Shown here: piece by piece, positions 49,463 through 62,559 of the stretch
Position numbering within the stretch: the stretch's first letter is position 1
Layout of the letters: each line of letters begins with the position of its first letter
Assembly: GCF_001194135.2 (NCBI RefSeq)
Contig: NC_068993.1
Span: 25,827,920 to 25,891,919, forward strand
Reading direction: 5' to 3'
DNA: 64,000 nucleotides
Origin: Octopus bimaculoides
Taxonomy: Eukaryota
Program-made: the position numbers and the translations under genes
The notes under the pieces: model-generated
Told to the model about the DNA's origin: nothing
The model's database searches: none
Seen by the model: the letters and a program-made list of their open reading frames with translations, nothing else

Positions 49463-50156
49463 AGTGTAGTATGATGCTATATAACAGAATATATTGACAA
49501 TATATAGTGGTATGGTGTTATACAATAGAATACATTGACATATGTTGGTCTGGTACTATATTACACAATATATTGGTTTCAAATTCAGGGCAAGGGTAAG
49601 TTGATTATATCATCCCCAATGTTCAACTGGTACTTATTTTATCGACCTTGAAAGGATGAAAGGTAAAATCAACCTCAGAGAAACTCAGAATATAAGGACA
49701 AGCAAAATGACACTAAGCATTTTGCCCAGCATGCTAACAATTCTGCCAACTTGTCACCTTACCTATATAACAGAATATATTGATAACATATAGTGATATA
49801 TTGTTACACAACAGAATACACTGATATATGTTGGTCTACTACTATATAGCACAATATATTAACAACATACAGTGCTATAGTTCTATATAACAGAATGCAT
49901 TGATGAAATATAATATCAGTCCCAGCATGGTAGCAGTCAATGACTGAAACAAGTAAAAGATGAAAGGTATGGCGCCATACAACCACTCATTAACAAGCAG
50001 TGCTATGGTGCTATATAACAAAATGTATTGACAACATATCAACATACAGCAGTATGGTGTTATATAACAGGACACATTGACAACATACAGTAACCAGGTG
50101 CTAAATAACTGAATTTATTGACAACATATAGTAGTATAGTGCTATCGTGCTATACA
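49463..50156. repeat. degenerate ~40-bp minisatellite (10-11 units) interrupted by SINE A (49575-49760) and a SINE B fragment
   Basis: Unit approximately ggtgctatataacagaatatattgacaacatatagtagtat. Confidence 0.85.
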
Positions 50157-51044
50157 GGCTGTCTATAAATTACCTTTATAATTTCAAAAATTCAGACAAA
50201 AAACAAAATGAAGTAAGGATAACTTAGCAGGTTGCATGCAACCAATGGAATCCACATTGAAGTGTTGTGATTGTTATCAGTATTATAATTATTATCATTA
50301 TTTTAACTATTAATATTAATGTTATAGACTCATGTAGTGAGAAAACTTTTCTGATTGCCCCTTCAAAACATGTTTCACTTCAAATATTACCAGATGAAAC
50401 TTTCTTTGAAATACTTGTGAAAAGAACTGTATTTTGCCTACGGAAGTAGACAACAGGAAGAAAAGGCTTGCCTTAAAAAAAGTGACATTGTGCCATATTG
50501 TTACTGTTGTTGTTGTTGTTATCTTCTTTCTTTTTCTTCTTCTACTTACTACTACTACTACTACTACATCTATTACTACATCTACTACCACTACTACTAC
50601 TACCCTTGTAGTGTAAAGACATCTTTTTGATTCTTCCTTCAAAATAATTTTTATTTCAATTTTGGACAAAATTTTCAATTGAGTATTTATAAAAAAACTT
50701 TATGTGCCTAAATAGGGATTGCTCTAGATACTCGGGGTGGACACCAGACAAAAAATAAAATGGTTTGTTTCACCAACGTAAACTTCTATTTGCACAAATT
50801 ACACTTTTCCAGGCCAAATGGCTACTAACTCTCATTATGCCATATGACAAAATTCGACAATGGCTAAAACAACACAAAATCAAAATACATGACTAAACGT
50901 AGAAGAGGAAGAAAAGCATGAACATTTTAGTGAACAATTAATAGCTGAAAATATCCTGAATACTCAAATTTGGAAGACAGCAACAACAACAAGAACAGTG
51001 GCAATTCTTACACATTTTCAAATATTATGGTCTGTTCATGTGGA

Positions 51045-52282
51045 CTTTGCCTTTCATCCTTTCAAGGGTCGATAAAATAAGTACCAGTTGAGTACTGGGT
51101 CAATTTAATTGACTTGGCTCCTTCACTTCAAATTGCTGGCCTGCTGCCAAAATTTGAAACCATTATTATTATTATTATCATCATCATTATTATTATTATT
51201 ATTATTATTAATATCATTATTAATAAGGCGGCAAACTGGCAGAGTTGTTAGCATGCTGGGCAAAATGCTTAGCAGCATTTCATCCATCTTTACATTCTGA
51301 GTTCAAACTTCGCTGAGGTCTACTTTGCCTTTCATCCTTTCAGGGTCGATAAAATAAGTACCAGTCAAGCAATAGAGCTGATGTAATCAATGTACCCTTT
51401 TCCCAAAATTGCTGGCCGTGTACCAAAATTTAAAACCATTATTATTAATATTAATTTTTTCTCAGCGAATCACTTCTGTGACTCTATCCACAAGCCTTTG
51501 TCTTTATTGTTAAACTGTCAATGTTGAGGAACAAATAACTGTCTATCACTGCTGTTATCCATTTTACAAAATGGACAGTGAATATATTACTTAAGATCCT
51601 GAGTAACTAAGTCAACAGTAAAGTCAGAACAGTTCTAGCTCACCCCCATAAAACAATGCAGTTTGGCCAGAGTTGATGCAATTTATTATGACATTATTGT
51701 TGAAATCATAATGTAATGTTATGCCAGTTAGATTTTGTGTAAAGTCGGTAATTATTCTAAATCTTAATCAACATTGTCATTATCAACATCATAACATTAC
51801 GTGTAAATTAGTGAATATCCAGTATATTAAACTGATCCTTATTTAGAGATTATAAGGCAGTGAGCTGGCAGAATCATTAGCATGCTGGACAAAATGCTTA
51901 ACGGTATTTTGCCCATTGCTACATTTTGAGTTCAAGTTCTACTGAGGTCGACTTTGCTTTCATCTTTTCAGGATTGATGAATTAAGTACCAGTGAAACAT
52001 TGGGTCGATGTAATCAAATTTCAGGCCTTGTGCTTATAGTAGAAAGGATTATTTAGAGATTATCTAAGGCAGTGAGCTGGCAGAATCATTTGCACACTTG
52101 GCAAAATGCTTAGCAGCATTTCATCCATCTCTATGTTCTGAGTTCAAATTCTGCTGAGGTCAATTTTGCCTTTCATCTTTTCAGGATCAATAAAAAAAGT
52201 TCCAGTTGACCACTGGAGTCAATGTAATCAACTTACCCCTTTCCCTGAAACTGCTGGCCTTGTGCCAAAATTGGAAACCATT
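51045..52282 (+). mobile_element. four SINE family A copies (51045-51162, 51224-51440, 51854-52048, 52066-52282)
   Basis: Heads aaggcrgy..gctggcagaa; 15-bp TSD ttatttagagattat (51839-51853 / 52049-52063) around the third copy. Confidence 0.88.
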
Positions 52283-52935
52283 ATTTAGATTATTGCTATA
52301 TTCCTATATCATAAATGATATAATTATTTTACCTGTTATAAGATTCTATTTAGTTAAGGAGAAATGGAATGTTGTGATGTTCAAGCTTTTTCTACATACA
52401 AGTAATGGCATGAGCTTTCTACTGAGAATCATAATCACTTAATAGACCACAACTCATTAGGAACTTACCCGCCTCTTGTGTATCTCTCATATAGCATGAA
52501 TAATATACCATCACAGTCAAATAGGAAAATTAAGGTTGCTTTATTTCCTGCACCACTCTCTCTCTCTCTCTCTCTNNNNNNNNNNNNNNNNNNNNNNNNN
52601 NNNNNNNNNNNNNNNNNNNNNNNNNNNNNNNNNNNNNNNNNNNNNNNNNNNNNNNNNNNNNNNNNNNNNNNNNNNNNNNNNNNNNNNNNNNNNNNNNNNN
52701 NNNNNNNAATAACCATAAAATAAAATAATCTAAACATAATCAATTTAAAAAGGAAGTATGCTAAATTAGTTAAACATGTCATAATTGGTCGTAGTTGTAA
52801 AAGTAACAAAAGCAGTAATGTTTTACACATCATTTTCAAGAAATAAAAAAAAAAATTTTAATATTTTCTAAATAAGTAAAACAATATCATTGTAGTATCA
52901 TTGACCATTATTAAAATCATCCTTATCAGTCAATG

Positions 52936-52937
52936 TA

Positions 52938-52995
<58 letters not shown>
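52936..52995. repeat. (GAT)n microsatellite
   Basis: Direct inspection; gives spurious poly-Met and poly-Ile ORFs. Confidence 0.95.
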
Positions 52996-54899
52996 CAATA
53001 ATGATAATCCTTACATTCATTGCTCTCTTTGATTTCATTAACACCTTCGTCACAGTAATCAATGTCTTCATCAATATCAATATTGTCATCATTCATCACT
53101 ACTACTACTACTACTACTATATTGTAATCAGAAATTTTTACACGCGGCCATAAATATATCAGTCAACAAAAAACTCTCAAAAGCCAATTTAATGCTATTT
53201 AAGTGCTTAAAATGTTTTGAAAGTGTTTTTTATTATTTATCATCATTAATGTTATTATTAGTGTCTCATTAAGGTTGTGTCAACTTCATAAATGGGACTT
53301 AAATGTAGGTGACTTACTTTATATACTTACTTGTAAACTAATTTTGTTATTAACTAAGTTTACATGTACTTGGAAAGCTTACAATTCTTCTTCTTTCCTT
53401 CAGACTTACAGATGTATTTTGTGATTATTCTGAATCTTGTTGCTGTTTCTTCAGCTGGATCAATGTGCTTTAACATGAAACCATTTTCCCAGTACATTAC
53501 TGATATTTAGTTCATCTAATCCTGGACAGATATTTTAGGTCAGTATTAGTTAGCTTGAAACATGTAAACCATAAATAGCTTATTGTTACATCTTGAAATT
53601 GTTATTAACCATATAGCTCAACCCTAAAGCTCATTGAAGATGGTATCTCAGACTTCATAAAGTGGTTGGTCAAATTGTGACATCATGGGAGAAGACAATG
53701 ACTGACTACAAATGATGGTGAAAGGATATAAAGAAAGGGATAAGGGTTGCAGAATCAAATAGGATTAATGGTTAAATAACAAGAAGAAAAGAGATAACAA
53801 GCTAGAGCAAGATTTACGACACCAAGGCAACCAACAGTATTTTGCAATATCAGGGTCGATCAGGGTTGAGCTGTGATCATATAGTTCCATGTAAAGTGAA
53901 GCATCATTGACAAAGTCTTTGTTCATTATATTTGGGACAAAAAATCCTTTTCTGCTACTAAGAGTCAATTGCAAATGACAGCTTAGAAGATTAACCATAA
54001 AGTCACCATTCCTAAAGTTATCAAAACCTGAGAATAATTTTCTACGAAAAACATTTGCGTAAAACAAGACAGTGACAATGTCATGAGTCTGAAAAGGCAA
54101 AATGAAATATTTTAAAACCATTTTGATGATTTATTTTGATAAATCATTAGTATCTCTGCAGTGTGTCATCAAAACTGTAATGATAGTAACAATGGCAGTG
54201 CCTATGACAATAATCCCGCCAACTATGATAATATCTAACAAAACTACAACATGAATAAAGTTACTACAAGTAATAATATAAAAAAAAATGCCAAACACTT
54301 TAGGTATCTGTAACACAGTTTCCTGCTGTTAAGCTATTGAAACAACCTACTAAATGTAGATGACAATTTTGTCAAACAAGAGAAGTAAGTTAGCTTGATG
54401 TACAAGTTATATCTAATTTGTACATCATCATTGAGTGTTTGATTTGCTACCCCCAAGCACAAATTTACGCAGCTTTAACAGATTGAAGTCATTCAACAAC
54501 AAAACAGTAAAACACACACATGACTATCATTAATAATGCCACAAACTTTATTCTAACTTTTAAAATTGGTGAACAAATACTTGCTACAGAAACAATAAAA
54601 TAGCTAAACATTTGTTTAGATAGAGAAACATCTAACGTAGTAAAGCTATATTGCATGCTATCATCTCATTTAACAAGAGTTTTAAATCTAAGATCTAAAC
54701 ATCACCTAGTATATTGAACATTATTTGGATTACTAAAGCATTTTATTTCATACATTCTTTGAAGACAGTAGTCTCAAGGGATAGAAAGTATTATCCTGTA
54801 GAAGGAGTTCAATCTGAATCTAAATAATTACACACATACAGATACACATGCACACACACACATGAACAAGCATACACATATATTGACGTATACATATAC

Positions 54900-54901
54900 A
54901 T

Positions 54902-54951
<50 letters not shown>

Positions 54952-55034
54952 TGACTATATATACATATGTATATATGTATATATATTCAAACATATACAT
55001 ATATGTATATACATGTTTTCGTATATATGCTTAT

Positions 55035-55082
<48 letters not shown>

Positions 55083-55085
55083 ACA
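54900..55085. repeat. compound (AGAT)n, (TA)n, (GT)n microsatellite
   Basis: Direct inspection. Confidence 0.9.
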
Positions 55086-55974
55086 CATGTGTAAGCAGGC
55101 AGACAAATAGATAGACATACAGATAGATAAAAATCACACAAATAAAAGAAGTAAAATTATGAGAAGACAATATATGGAGCCAGACAAATGAAGTAGATGA
55201 CTGAAAAGCATAGAAATATAGTGAAAAAAGAAACAATTGAAGAAATGTACAATGAAAATAAATTTGCCAATGAAAGATGTGAAAGTGAATCTAATGTTTT
55301 GGGTGGTGCTGATTATCAAAGAGAATGAAAAGGAAAGGGCAAAATACAAGGCACTGAATTTACAATGTCTTTTTACATGGCATGCCTAGTGTACAATGAA
55401 AGCTCGGGAGTGAAATACAAGGACTGAAATGCAGTCACATTGAGAGTAAGTATACAGAGAGGGTGAGAAAAAGGGAAAAAGAATAAATGGGGAAAGAGAG
55501 GGAGAGAAAGTTGGAAAGGGAGAGGGGGAAAAAGTGTTGGGGGATAATTAGTGAGGGCAGGGAAATGAGATGGGGAGTGATAACTCATAATACAAGCGTG
55601 TGTGTGTACAGTGAAGTGTATTTAAATGTGTGATGCTTTTATTTATGTTCATGTTAATTGCATGTGGCAAGGAATATAAAGTTTGTATATTGACATGTAC
55701 ATCAGTTATTTTTGCAATGTCCAACTAAGAATAGAAATGTTTATACATAGAATACAAATGTGCATGCATACATGCACATGTAAACAACACATATACATAT
55801 GCACACAGAGAAACACACAAAACACATTCACAAACTTTAGGGGTTACGTTTGTACATATGTATGATGTCATAAGTTATGTGATAATATGGATGTATGGTG
55901 CAGAAAATGAGGGTTACCTATACCCAATACGTATGATGTGTTATGATGTGGGGATCTACGTGTACAGGCATGGC

Positions 55975-56370
55975 TCATAAGTGCAGGTATGTTTGTGTGG
56001 TAAGAGGTTTGTTTCCCATTGACATAGTTTTGGTTCAGTTACACTGCATGGCATCTTGGGCAAGAACACAAGTATCTTTTACTATAGCCTTGGGTCAACT
56101 AAAGCTTTGTAAGTGGATTTGGTAAACAGAAACTGAAAGAGGCCCAAATGTGTGTGTGTCTATGTGTTTGTCCCCCCCCCCACCACCACCTGACAACCAG
56201 TGTTGGTTTGTTTACAACCTCATAACATAGTAATTTGGCAAAGATACCAATAAAATAGCTACCAGACTTTTAAAAATGAATTAAATATTGGGGGTGATTT
56301 GTACAACTAAATCATTCAGGGTGGTGTCCCAGCATGGTTGTAGTCCAATGACTAAAACAAGTAAAAAGCA
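55975..56370 (+). mobile_element. SINE family B
   Basis: gtgtggtaagagg..ggcatcttgggcaag..ggtaaacagaaactgaaaga..cagcatgg..gactaaaacaagtaaaa. Confidence 0.8.
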
Positions 56371-57169
56371 AAGGCAGATTTTAGTAAAAAGACAAAGGCA
56401 GACTTTTACAAGAAAAAGTTTGACAGTGACTTCAAAGTTTTGGCTTACCAGCTATAATAAGAGGTCATATATATGAGTGTGAGTGTATGACATATATCTC
56501 ACAAATCTCATGCTCTAACCTTTATATCTATATTTCCACATAAGCTGAAGATACCACACACACACATTAGTGCATGGACATAACTACTAACTTTACTGGT
56601 GTGCGCAAATACAGACACTGATACACATACTATCTAACCTTATGCCAACAAACATCCCCTCAACTTACCCCCCCCCCCCCCCCTCTACATATAAGACTTG
56701 AAGTTTCATGCAGATAAGATGAATCCATCTCATCAGATAGGAGAAGAGTCAGAAATTTGAGACAAATTCAAGATGGCTTTGAGATACTAGGCCTTTATTC
56801 ATCAGCTCAGGTCATGTAGTGTTAATGCTGTGAAAATAACAACAGCTATTTTCTTTGTTTTTAGGCCTACTTACAAGGATAGGACATTGGCAAGATACTG
56901 GCTCCACTATGCCAGCAGATTGCAGTATAATGCATATAGTGACATCAATTCTTTGTATTAGATGTCACACAGTAAGATGGAATGCTGGCATGGATCAGTA
57001 GCTCAGTTATCATTCAGTAGAGTGCTACCACATTATGAGCGGCAGTCTTTAAATGGGAGTAAGCAGATTTGCTAGTGTTCAGTTAAAATTGAGGCTGGAT
57101 GACCAATGTGGGTAGGACCAAAGTCTATTCAGGCAGCAGGGATTAAATTTCCTGCCCTTGCGAGTGAGA

Positions 57170-57975
57170 CAGCCAGTCCTAGTGGATAATATCTAGATCG
57201 TCAGCCGTCAGTGTCCAATTTTCCTGTTTCTGATGAAAATGTAGTCAATCTGGCTTGTATTCCCACCAGATTGATAAGTGGACAGGTAACTGACTAGTTT
57301 CCTGAAGTTAGTATTGCAAATCATAGTCATTTACATCACAGAATTCCAGTAGCTTTGTTCCCTCCTTATTGCAGAAACCAACTCCAAAGCCTCTGTGCAC
57401 ATCATGGAAGCCACTGGATGCTGCCCAACATGCCCATTGAAGTTACCAGCCAATAAGAGACAGCCACTGTCATTTGTCAATGAGGTAGACCTCACCAGAC
57501 CTAACTTTCAAAGTGCCTATCTTAAGTGTGCAAACTGTAAGGGTGAGGAAGGGATGACAAGCAAGAACAGAAGGATAGGAGACAGCATTCAGCATCTGAA
57601 AAGAAGATTTATGCAAACATTTGCTAACCAGCATAGCATATAAGTTTCACCCTGCATTTAATTTACCATTCACTTTACATTTGCTGCATCTACCAGAAGA
57701 AACGGGTATGGTATATACCATTGTTTACATAAAGATAAATAGTGCTGATAATTAATCCATTGGTAAGTACTCTTGTCATATTTCTGATCTGAGTGTACTA
57801 GTTATGCCTTTTTTTATATTATAAATACTATCACTTATGTTCACAGGAGGTAGAAGGGAGAGAAGAAACTTTTCCATGCAGGTTTCGGGAGGTAAAGAAA
57901 AAAGATTTCTGGTATAGGTGGTTGGGGAAGTAATGGGAAGGTGCACCACAAATAACCAAATTACATGGTTGTTTG
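57170..57975 (-). mobile_element. RTE LINE 5' end (5'UTR and internally deleted endonuclease), inverted relative to 26040-27080
   Basis: The reverse complement aligns by eye to 26070-26525, then to ~26860-27080. Confidence 0.85.
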
Positions 57976-59154
57976 TAATTTGGTTAAAACATAGTAATGA
58001 AGGAGACAAGATATAAGATATTCAATGAACCAAGAAGGTGACTTCTAATCTGAAACAAACAAAAGTGCATGAGAGGTGAGGGTATACATATGTTTAGGTC
58101 AAAATTGAAGTGAGCTGGCCCATCACAATGAAAAGGTAGACAGCCCATTTCTACTAGAATTAATTAATTTAAATAACAATTAACATTTGAAGACAGTGAA
58201 GTTTTAGACAAAGTAGAAATGCCAGATGAAATGGAATAAAATGATGTTAAAATTAAAAGCAAGGGAAAATGAAATTTGGCTTATCTGAATATTTCTTTTC
58301 CCTTCATAATAGAGCAATAATGACTACTTGTTGAGAAAAAATGGTATTTCATTTTCTGTTTAAAAAAAAAAGGATGGAAAGAAGAGAATTTTAATGGTGA
58401 TTCCTGTCATGAAAGTAGGGGTGGGGGAAACTTCCAAAATGATTTATTTTCATGGATTTCAAAAATTTTTTTTTTTTCGAAAATGGCTTCTCTCATCATG
58501 TAATGTAAAAAGAAAATTGAAAAATCCATCATGAGGACCCCAGGGAAGGGATTAAAACAAATCATAGATTTTCAAAAATTTTTTCATATAAAGCTTCCTC
58601 CCACCCTCCATCATTATGAAACGCATGATGAAAGACAAATTTGAAAAATCCCTGTTTAACAAAGAAAATTCAAATTAAGTGGGTGACCTATTCAAAAACT
58701 CCAACTGAAATATATATACTTTTTTCAAGTTGTATTAAACATATGTATGTTTATGTATTGAATACATTGGTACATCATACGCTGTGTCTACATGAAATTA
58801 CAGGTTGTCACTGTCATCACTTCCAGTTTCAACTGCAATTTACTTTCACTTTTTAAGGACAATTTACTTTTACTATTTTATGATGCTAAAATGCATGTTA
58901 ACCTTGTTTGTTTCATATTTAGAAGTTTTATTTTTTGTTTATTGAATAACATATCTTGCCTCTCCCATCACTGTTTCTGCCATAGGATATCCATGCAGCT
59001 TGATCATTTGAAGTCAGCATGGCTTTACACTTCTATTTGGACAGCCCTTATTTCCTATCATTTCCCTCATAAATATTGTTTCTTTCATTTACCTAGCTTA
59101 AACTCAGATATATATATATACACATAAATATTTGCATACTTATACTTATACATA

Positions 59155-59190
<36 letters not shown>

Positions 59191-59217
59191 ACACCACACC
59201 ACACACATGCACTCATA

Positions 59218-59780
59218 CAGGATGTTCAAGTTGAATTTAACAATTTGCAGAAAAGGAAAAGAAAAAACAAGACCCCATCTCAAAATAAAAGTATTTTTAA
59301 AAATCAAAAAATAACTACACTATGGTTGGGAGCTTACTCAAAGTAGCCACCCCCAGGCTCTGGAACCTGGCACATGTATTCCTCATTATGTCCCTGGGAA
59401 AATATTTGAACACCTCTTTGATCTTGGCCACCAGCTCAGCCTTGATGTTGTAGGTAGAGCTGTAGGTGTCTCTCTCCACCGTGTTCCACACATAATCTGT
59501 GAGATTATAATCATGGGAATTAGGAGGCCAGAAATTGGGGCTAGTGAAGTTGTAGAAATTCTCCAACAACCACTTCTGACTCTTTCCAGAGGTATGGCAA
59601 GGAAACAAATACTGCTGACACATATATGGCCTTCCAACCCTCTCCAGCCAGAGATTGACCACAATCTCCAGCAGCTTTACATAGTTGTCTGAGTTGAATC
59701 CTAAGACCTTGTTCGAAGATACTGGGAGGAACTCCAGCATATGGATACAGTCAAAATACTTGCTGTGTCACTTCCTGCTG
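59218..59780 (-). mobile_element. maT/DD37D-type transposase 3' remnant
   Basis: GRPYMCQQ(Y)LFPCHTSGKSQKWL..WPPNSHDYNLTD; 37 residues between the mutated second catalytic position and the final D; ta|caggatgttc terminus at 59216-59227. Confidence 0.85.
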
Positions 59781-60099
59781 ACCACAGCTTTGTAGTCTCC
59801 TTTACAGCTGTTAAGTTTTATAGTTTTTACATTGTGTAAAGAGCATTGCGCAACAGTCATGATAATAAAATAAGTACCAGATAAACACTGGGGTTGATGT
59901 AAGTGGCTTACCCCACCCCACTGAAATTGCTAGCCTTGTGCCAAAATTTGAAATTAATATTTAGCTGGCTTTCTGCCCTCCGTGTCAGCTAAGTTTTTCT
60001 CAACTACAACTTCAATCTTTATGCTATCCAATGTCATTGACTGTTTACCAATACATCTGTTCCTGAAAAGAGGAGACATATGAATTTAATCCAAACACA

Positions 60100-60158
<59 letters not shown>

Positions 60159-61114
60159 TGTATACCAGCACGCTTCCACATTATTAGATCCTTTAATTAG
60201 CTGCAGGATATTTACTCCATTGTGGTACATATTGATTGTTTCCACTTATCCACTTTTCCACTTTTTTTCTATTTTATTAAGTTTTAGGATGATTGTTATT
60301 CTTAGTTTATTAACTCTTATTTCTGCTCAACTCTATACTCACCCTTACCGCTAGCTTTCAGGCATTACCATTCATCATTTACCAGTTATCACTTATCATA
60401 TATCATTCATCATTTACCACACAGCATGTATCATTTAATCATTTATCATTTATTGCTTAGATTTCCATGACTTACCTCTTCCACCCACCCCTTCCATCTT
60501 TCTATGTTATTCACTGTTTAGTTTATTTCTTATTTCATATATTTCACAATACCCTTCCACAGTCCACGCTTTAATTGTATTTTTTTCACTTAGATTTATA
60601 TTATTATTCTTTATTTTCATTCTAAATTATTTATCCAATATTTCAGGTCTCATTATTATATACTTTATACATGTTTACATTATTATATATTTTGTCATTT
60701 TATATCATTATTATTATTATTCTATATATCTGATCTATATATTACTCACCTTATTTGGAATATATTATTCTTTATAGTATATTTTCATTGCTTTATTTAT
60801 CAGATCATATATTTTAAATTTTATATGTTCATTTGTATTTATATTTCCGTTTTATATTACTATTTCATATATCCATTTTATGTGTCATAGTTTTTTAACT
60901 CTTTTATAGTTCCAAATATTTTCAAACACACCTTAAATAGCATTCACTCCTCCTGTGATACATGTATACACACTACAAGGTGTCTCCCACCACTCCCCAA
61001 AATTTTCCTAACAACGAACTTACGTATGACTGATACAGCCTATTTACTGTCTCATATAAATTAAATTAATTACAGACCTATTTTAACAGCAACCCACTCA
61101 TACCCACATCTTCA

Positions 61115-61339
61115 ACCATGTATCTTTTATCTTTTACTAATTTCACTCATCAGACCGTGGCCATGCTGAGGCACTGCCTCAAAGAATTTTAGTCAAACGA
61201 ATCAATCCCAATCTCTACTTTTATTTTAAGCTTGGTACTTATTTTATTGGCCCCTTTTTGCCAAACTGCTAAGTTACAGGGATGTAAACACACCAACATC
61301 GGTTGTCAAGTGGTGGTGGAGGACAAACACAAACACACG
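61115..61339 (-). mobile_element. SINE family B 3' part, next to a gap
   Basis: ggccatgctgaggcactgcc..aagcttggtacttatt..gctaagttacagggatgtaaacacacc. Confidence 0.8.
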
Positions 61340-61439
61340 NNNNNNNNNNCATACTGAGCAGGGCCATCTACCTGAAGGGGTTTGTGTGTGTGTGTGTGTG
61401 TGTGTATGTTTCCAGTGTTTACAAATAACACGGAATAAA

Positions 61440-62330
61440 TAAATAAACAGTGACCAGGTTAGCAAAAATTCACACAAGTACCAAGGTTGTAACAGCCTAC
61501 TTATAAAGGTCAGGTTTAGGTGAATTGTTTTTTTAATTATGTAGTTAAATAAATAAATGGAGTTAAATGCAGGTGTTATTTAAAAAGAATATCTAATCAT
61601 TAGTCTACATTTAGACATATCAATAAATGTAACAATACTGGGATTAGTAAATTAATCTGGATCGTAATAAACAATTTGATTTGAAATGGAATATTCTCTC
61701 TGTATCTTTTCCATATGATAAAGGTAAATCTTTTTGTCCGCTTTGTAACACTGAGATGTACTTTATCCTGTTCTCAGAGAATCGCCTCGTAAACATATTT
61801 ATAGAATGCGTTTATAATTGCAAACATTGGCAGAAGCATACCTTTAGTTCCTATAAGTGATTTCTACCATTCTATAAAATTTGACCTTTGACTGTCTTCT
61901 TACATTTCACCTCCATTAAATATATCTACTTCCATGCCTTTAAGCTTTATTCTAAATCACCTATATCTCTGCACTATTTGTTTTCTGCCAGAACTCCAAC
62001 TAAAGAGTATAAAATCCAAAGAATTGTCTTCCCTTACATACACTTCCTGTTTTGACACCACACTTCCTGTTTAACACATAAACTCTCAGCCTCTTTTAAA
62101 CACAACACCATTCTTAATTCCATGCATCCTAATCTATCTAACAATTATCTACATGGATTACCATTGAACTTTAAAAACTCAAAGACAATATAATGTATTG
62201 GTATATTTAATTTTTTATATATTTTTTATATTTTGTAAAAAACATCATTTTCATTTTCCCTCTTCTTGAAAATATGCCATGCATTGAAAGCCGGTTAGAA
62301 ATCCTTTTTAATCTTCCTTATGCACATCTA
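61440..62330 (+). mobile_element. Penelope-like element: GIY-YIG endonuclease C-terminus and downstream pLTR-like region
   Basis: RISNH*STFRHINKCNNTGISKLIW..WNILSVSFPYDKGKSFCPLCNTEMYFILF..ECVYNCKHWQKHTF fits the PLE pattern (NHxxxF..N.T.LSK.IW ... CxLC..E.Y.I ... CxH). Confidence 0.75.
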
Positions 62331-62559
62331 TATTAAAATATGCNNNNNNNNNNNNNNNNNNNNNNNNNNNNNNNNNNNNNNNNNNNNNNNNNNNNNNNNN
62401 NNNNNNNNNNNNNNNNNNNNNNNNNNNNNNNNNNNNNNNNNNNNNNNNNNNNNTATATATATATATATATATATATCTGTTAGGAGGTAATGATCTATAG
62501 AAGGGGTAATGAACATAAACATAGAGTAGAGTAGATTATTTAAGTCCCTCCAGAAAAAC

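Noticed and set aside
49463-50156. CRISPR-like array
   Set aside because: Units are contiguous and degenerate with no unique spacers; eukaryotic context with no cas genes.
53411-53506. Short + strand frame MYFVIILNLVAVSSAGSMCFNMKPFSPVHY resembling a signal peptide
   Set aside because: About 30 codons, ends in a stop, and there are no supporting + strand exons.
53765-54121. 118-aa minus-strand ORF behind a good acceptor
   Set aside because: No recognisable domain; its C-terminal part lies antisense to what looks like a decayed RTE 3' end (MMVKGYKERDKGCR..WLNNKK, ~53640-53850). Kept only as an orphan splice signal.
54131-54316. ORF with an apparent transmembrane segment (IIIVGGIIVIGTAIVTITVL)
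   Set aside because: The opposite strand is a degenerate (AAT/AAC/GAT)n tract, which gives hydrophobic frames by chance; no usable donor.
54395-56968. Short palindromes (tgatgtacaa/ttgtacatca near 54400; gtgacatc/gatgtcac near 56940)
   Set aside because: 8-10 bp stems are expected by chance in 64 kb of AT-rich DNA.
58370-58700. Possible MITE with internal gaaaaatcc repeats
   Set aside because: Could not define TIRs or a TSD.
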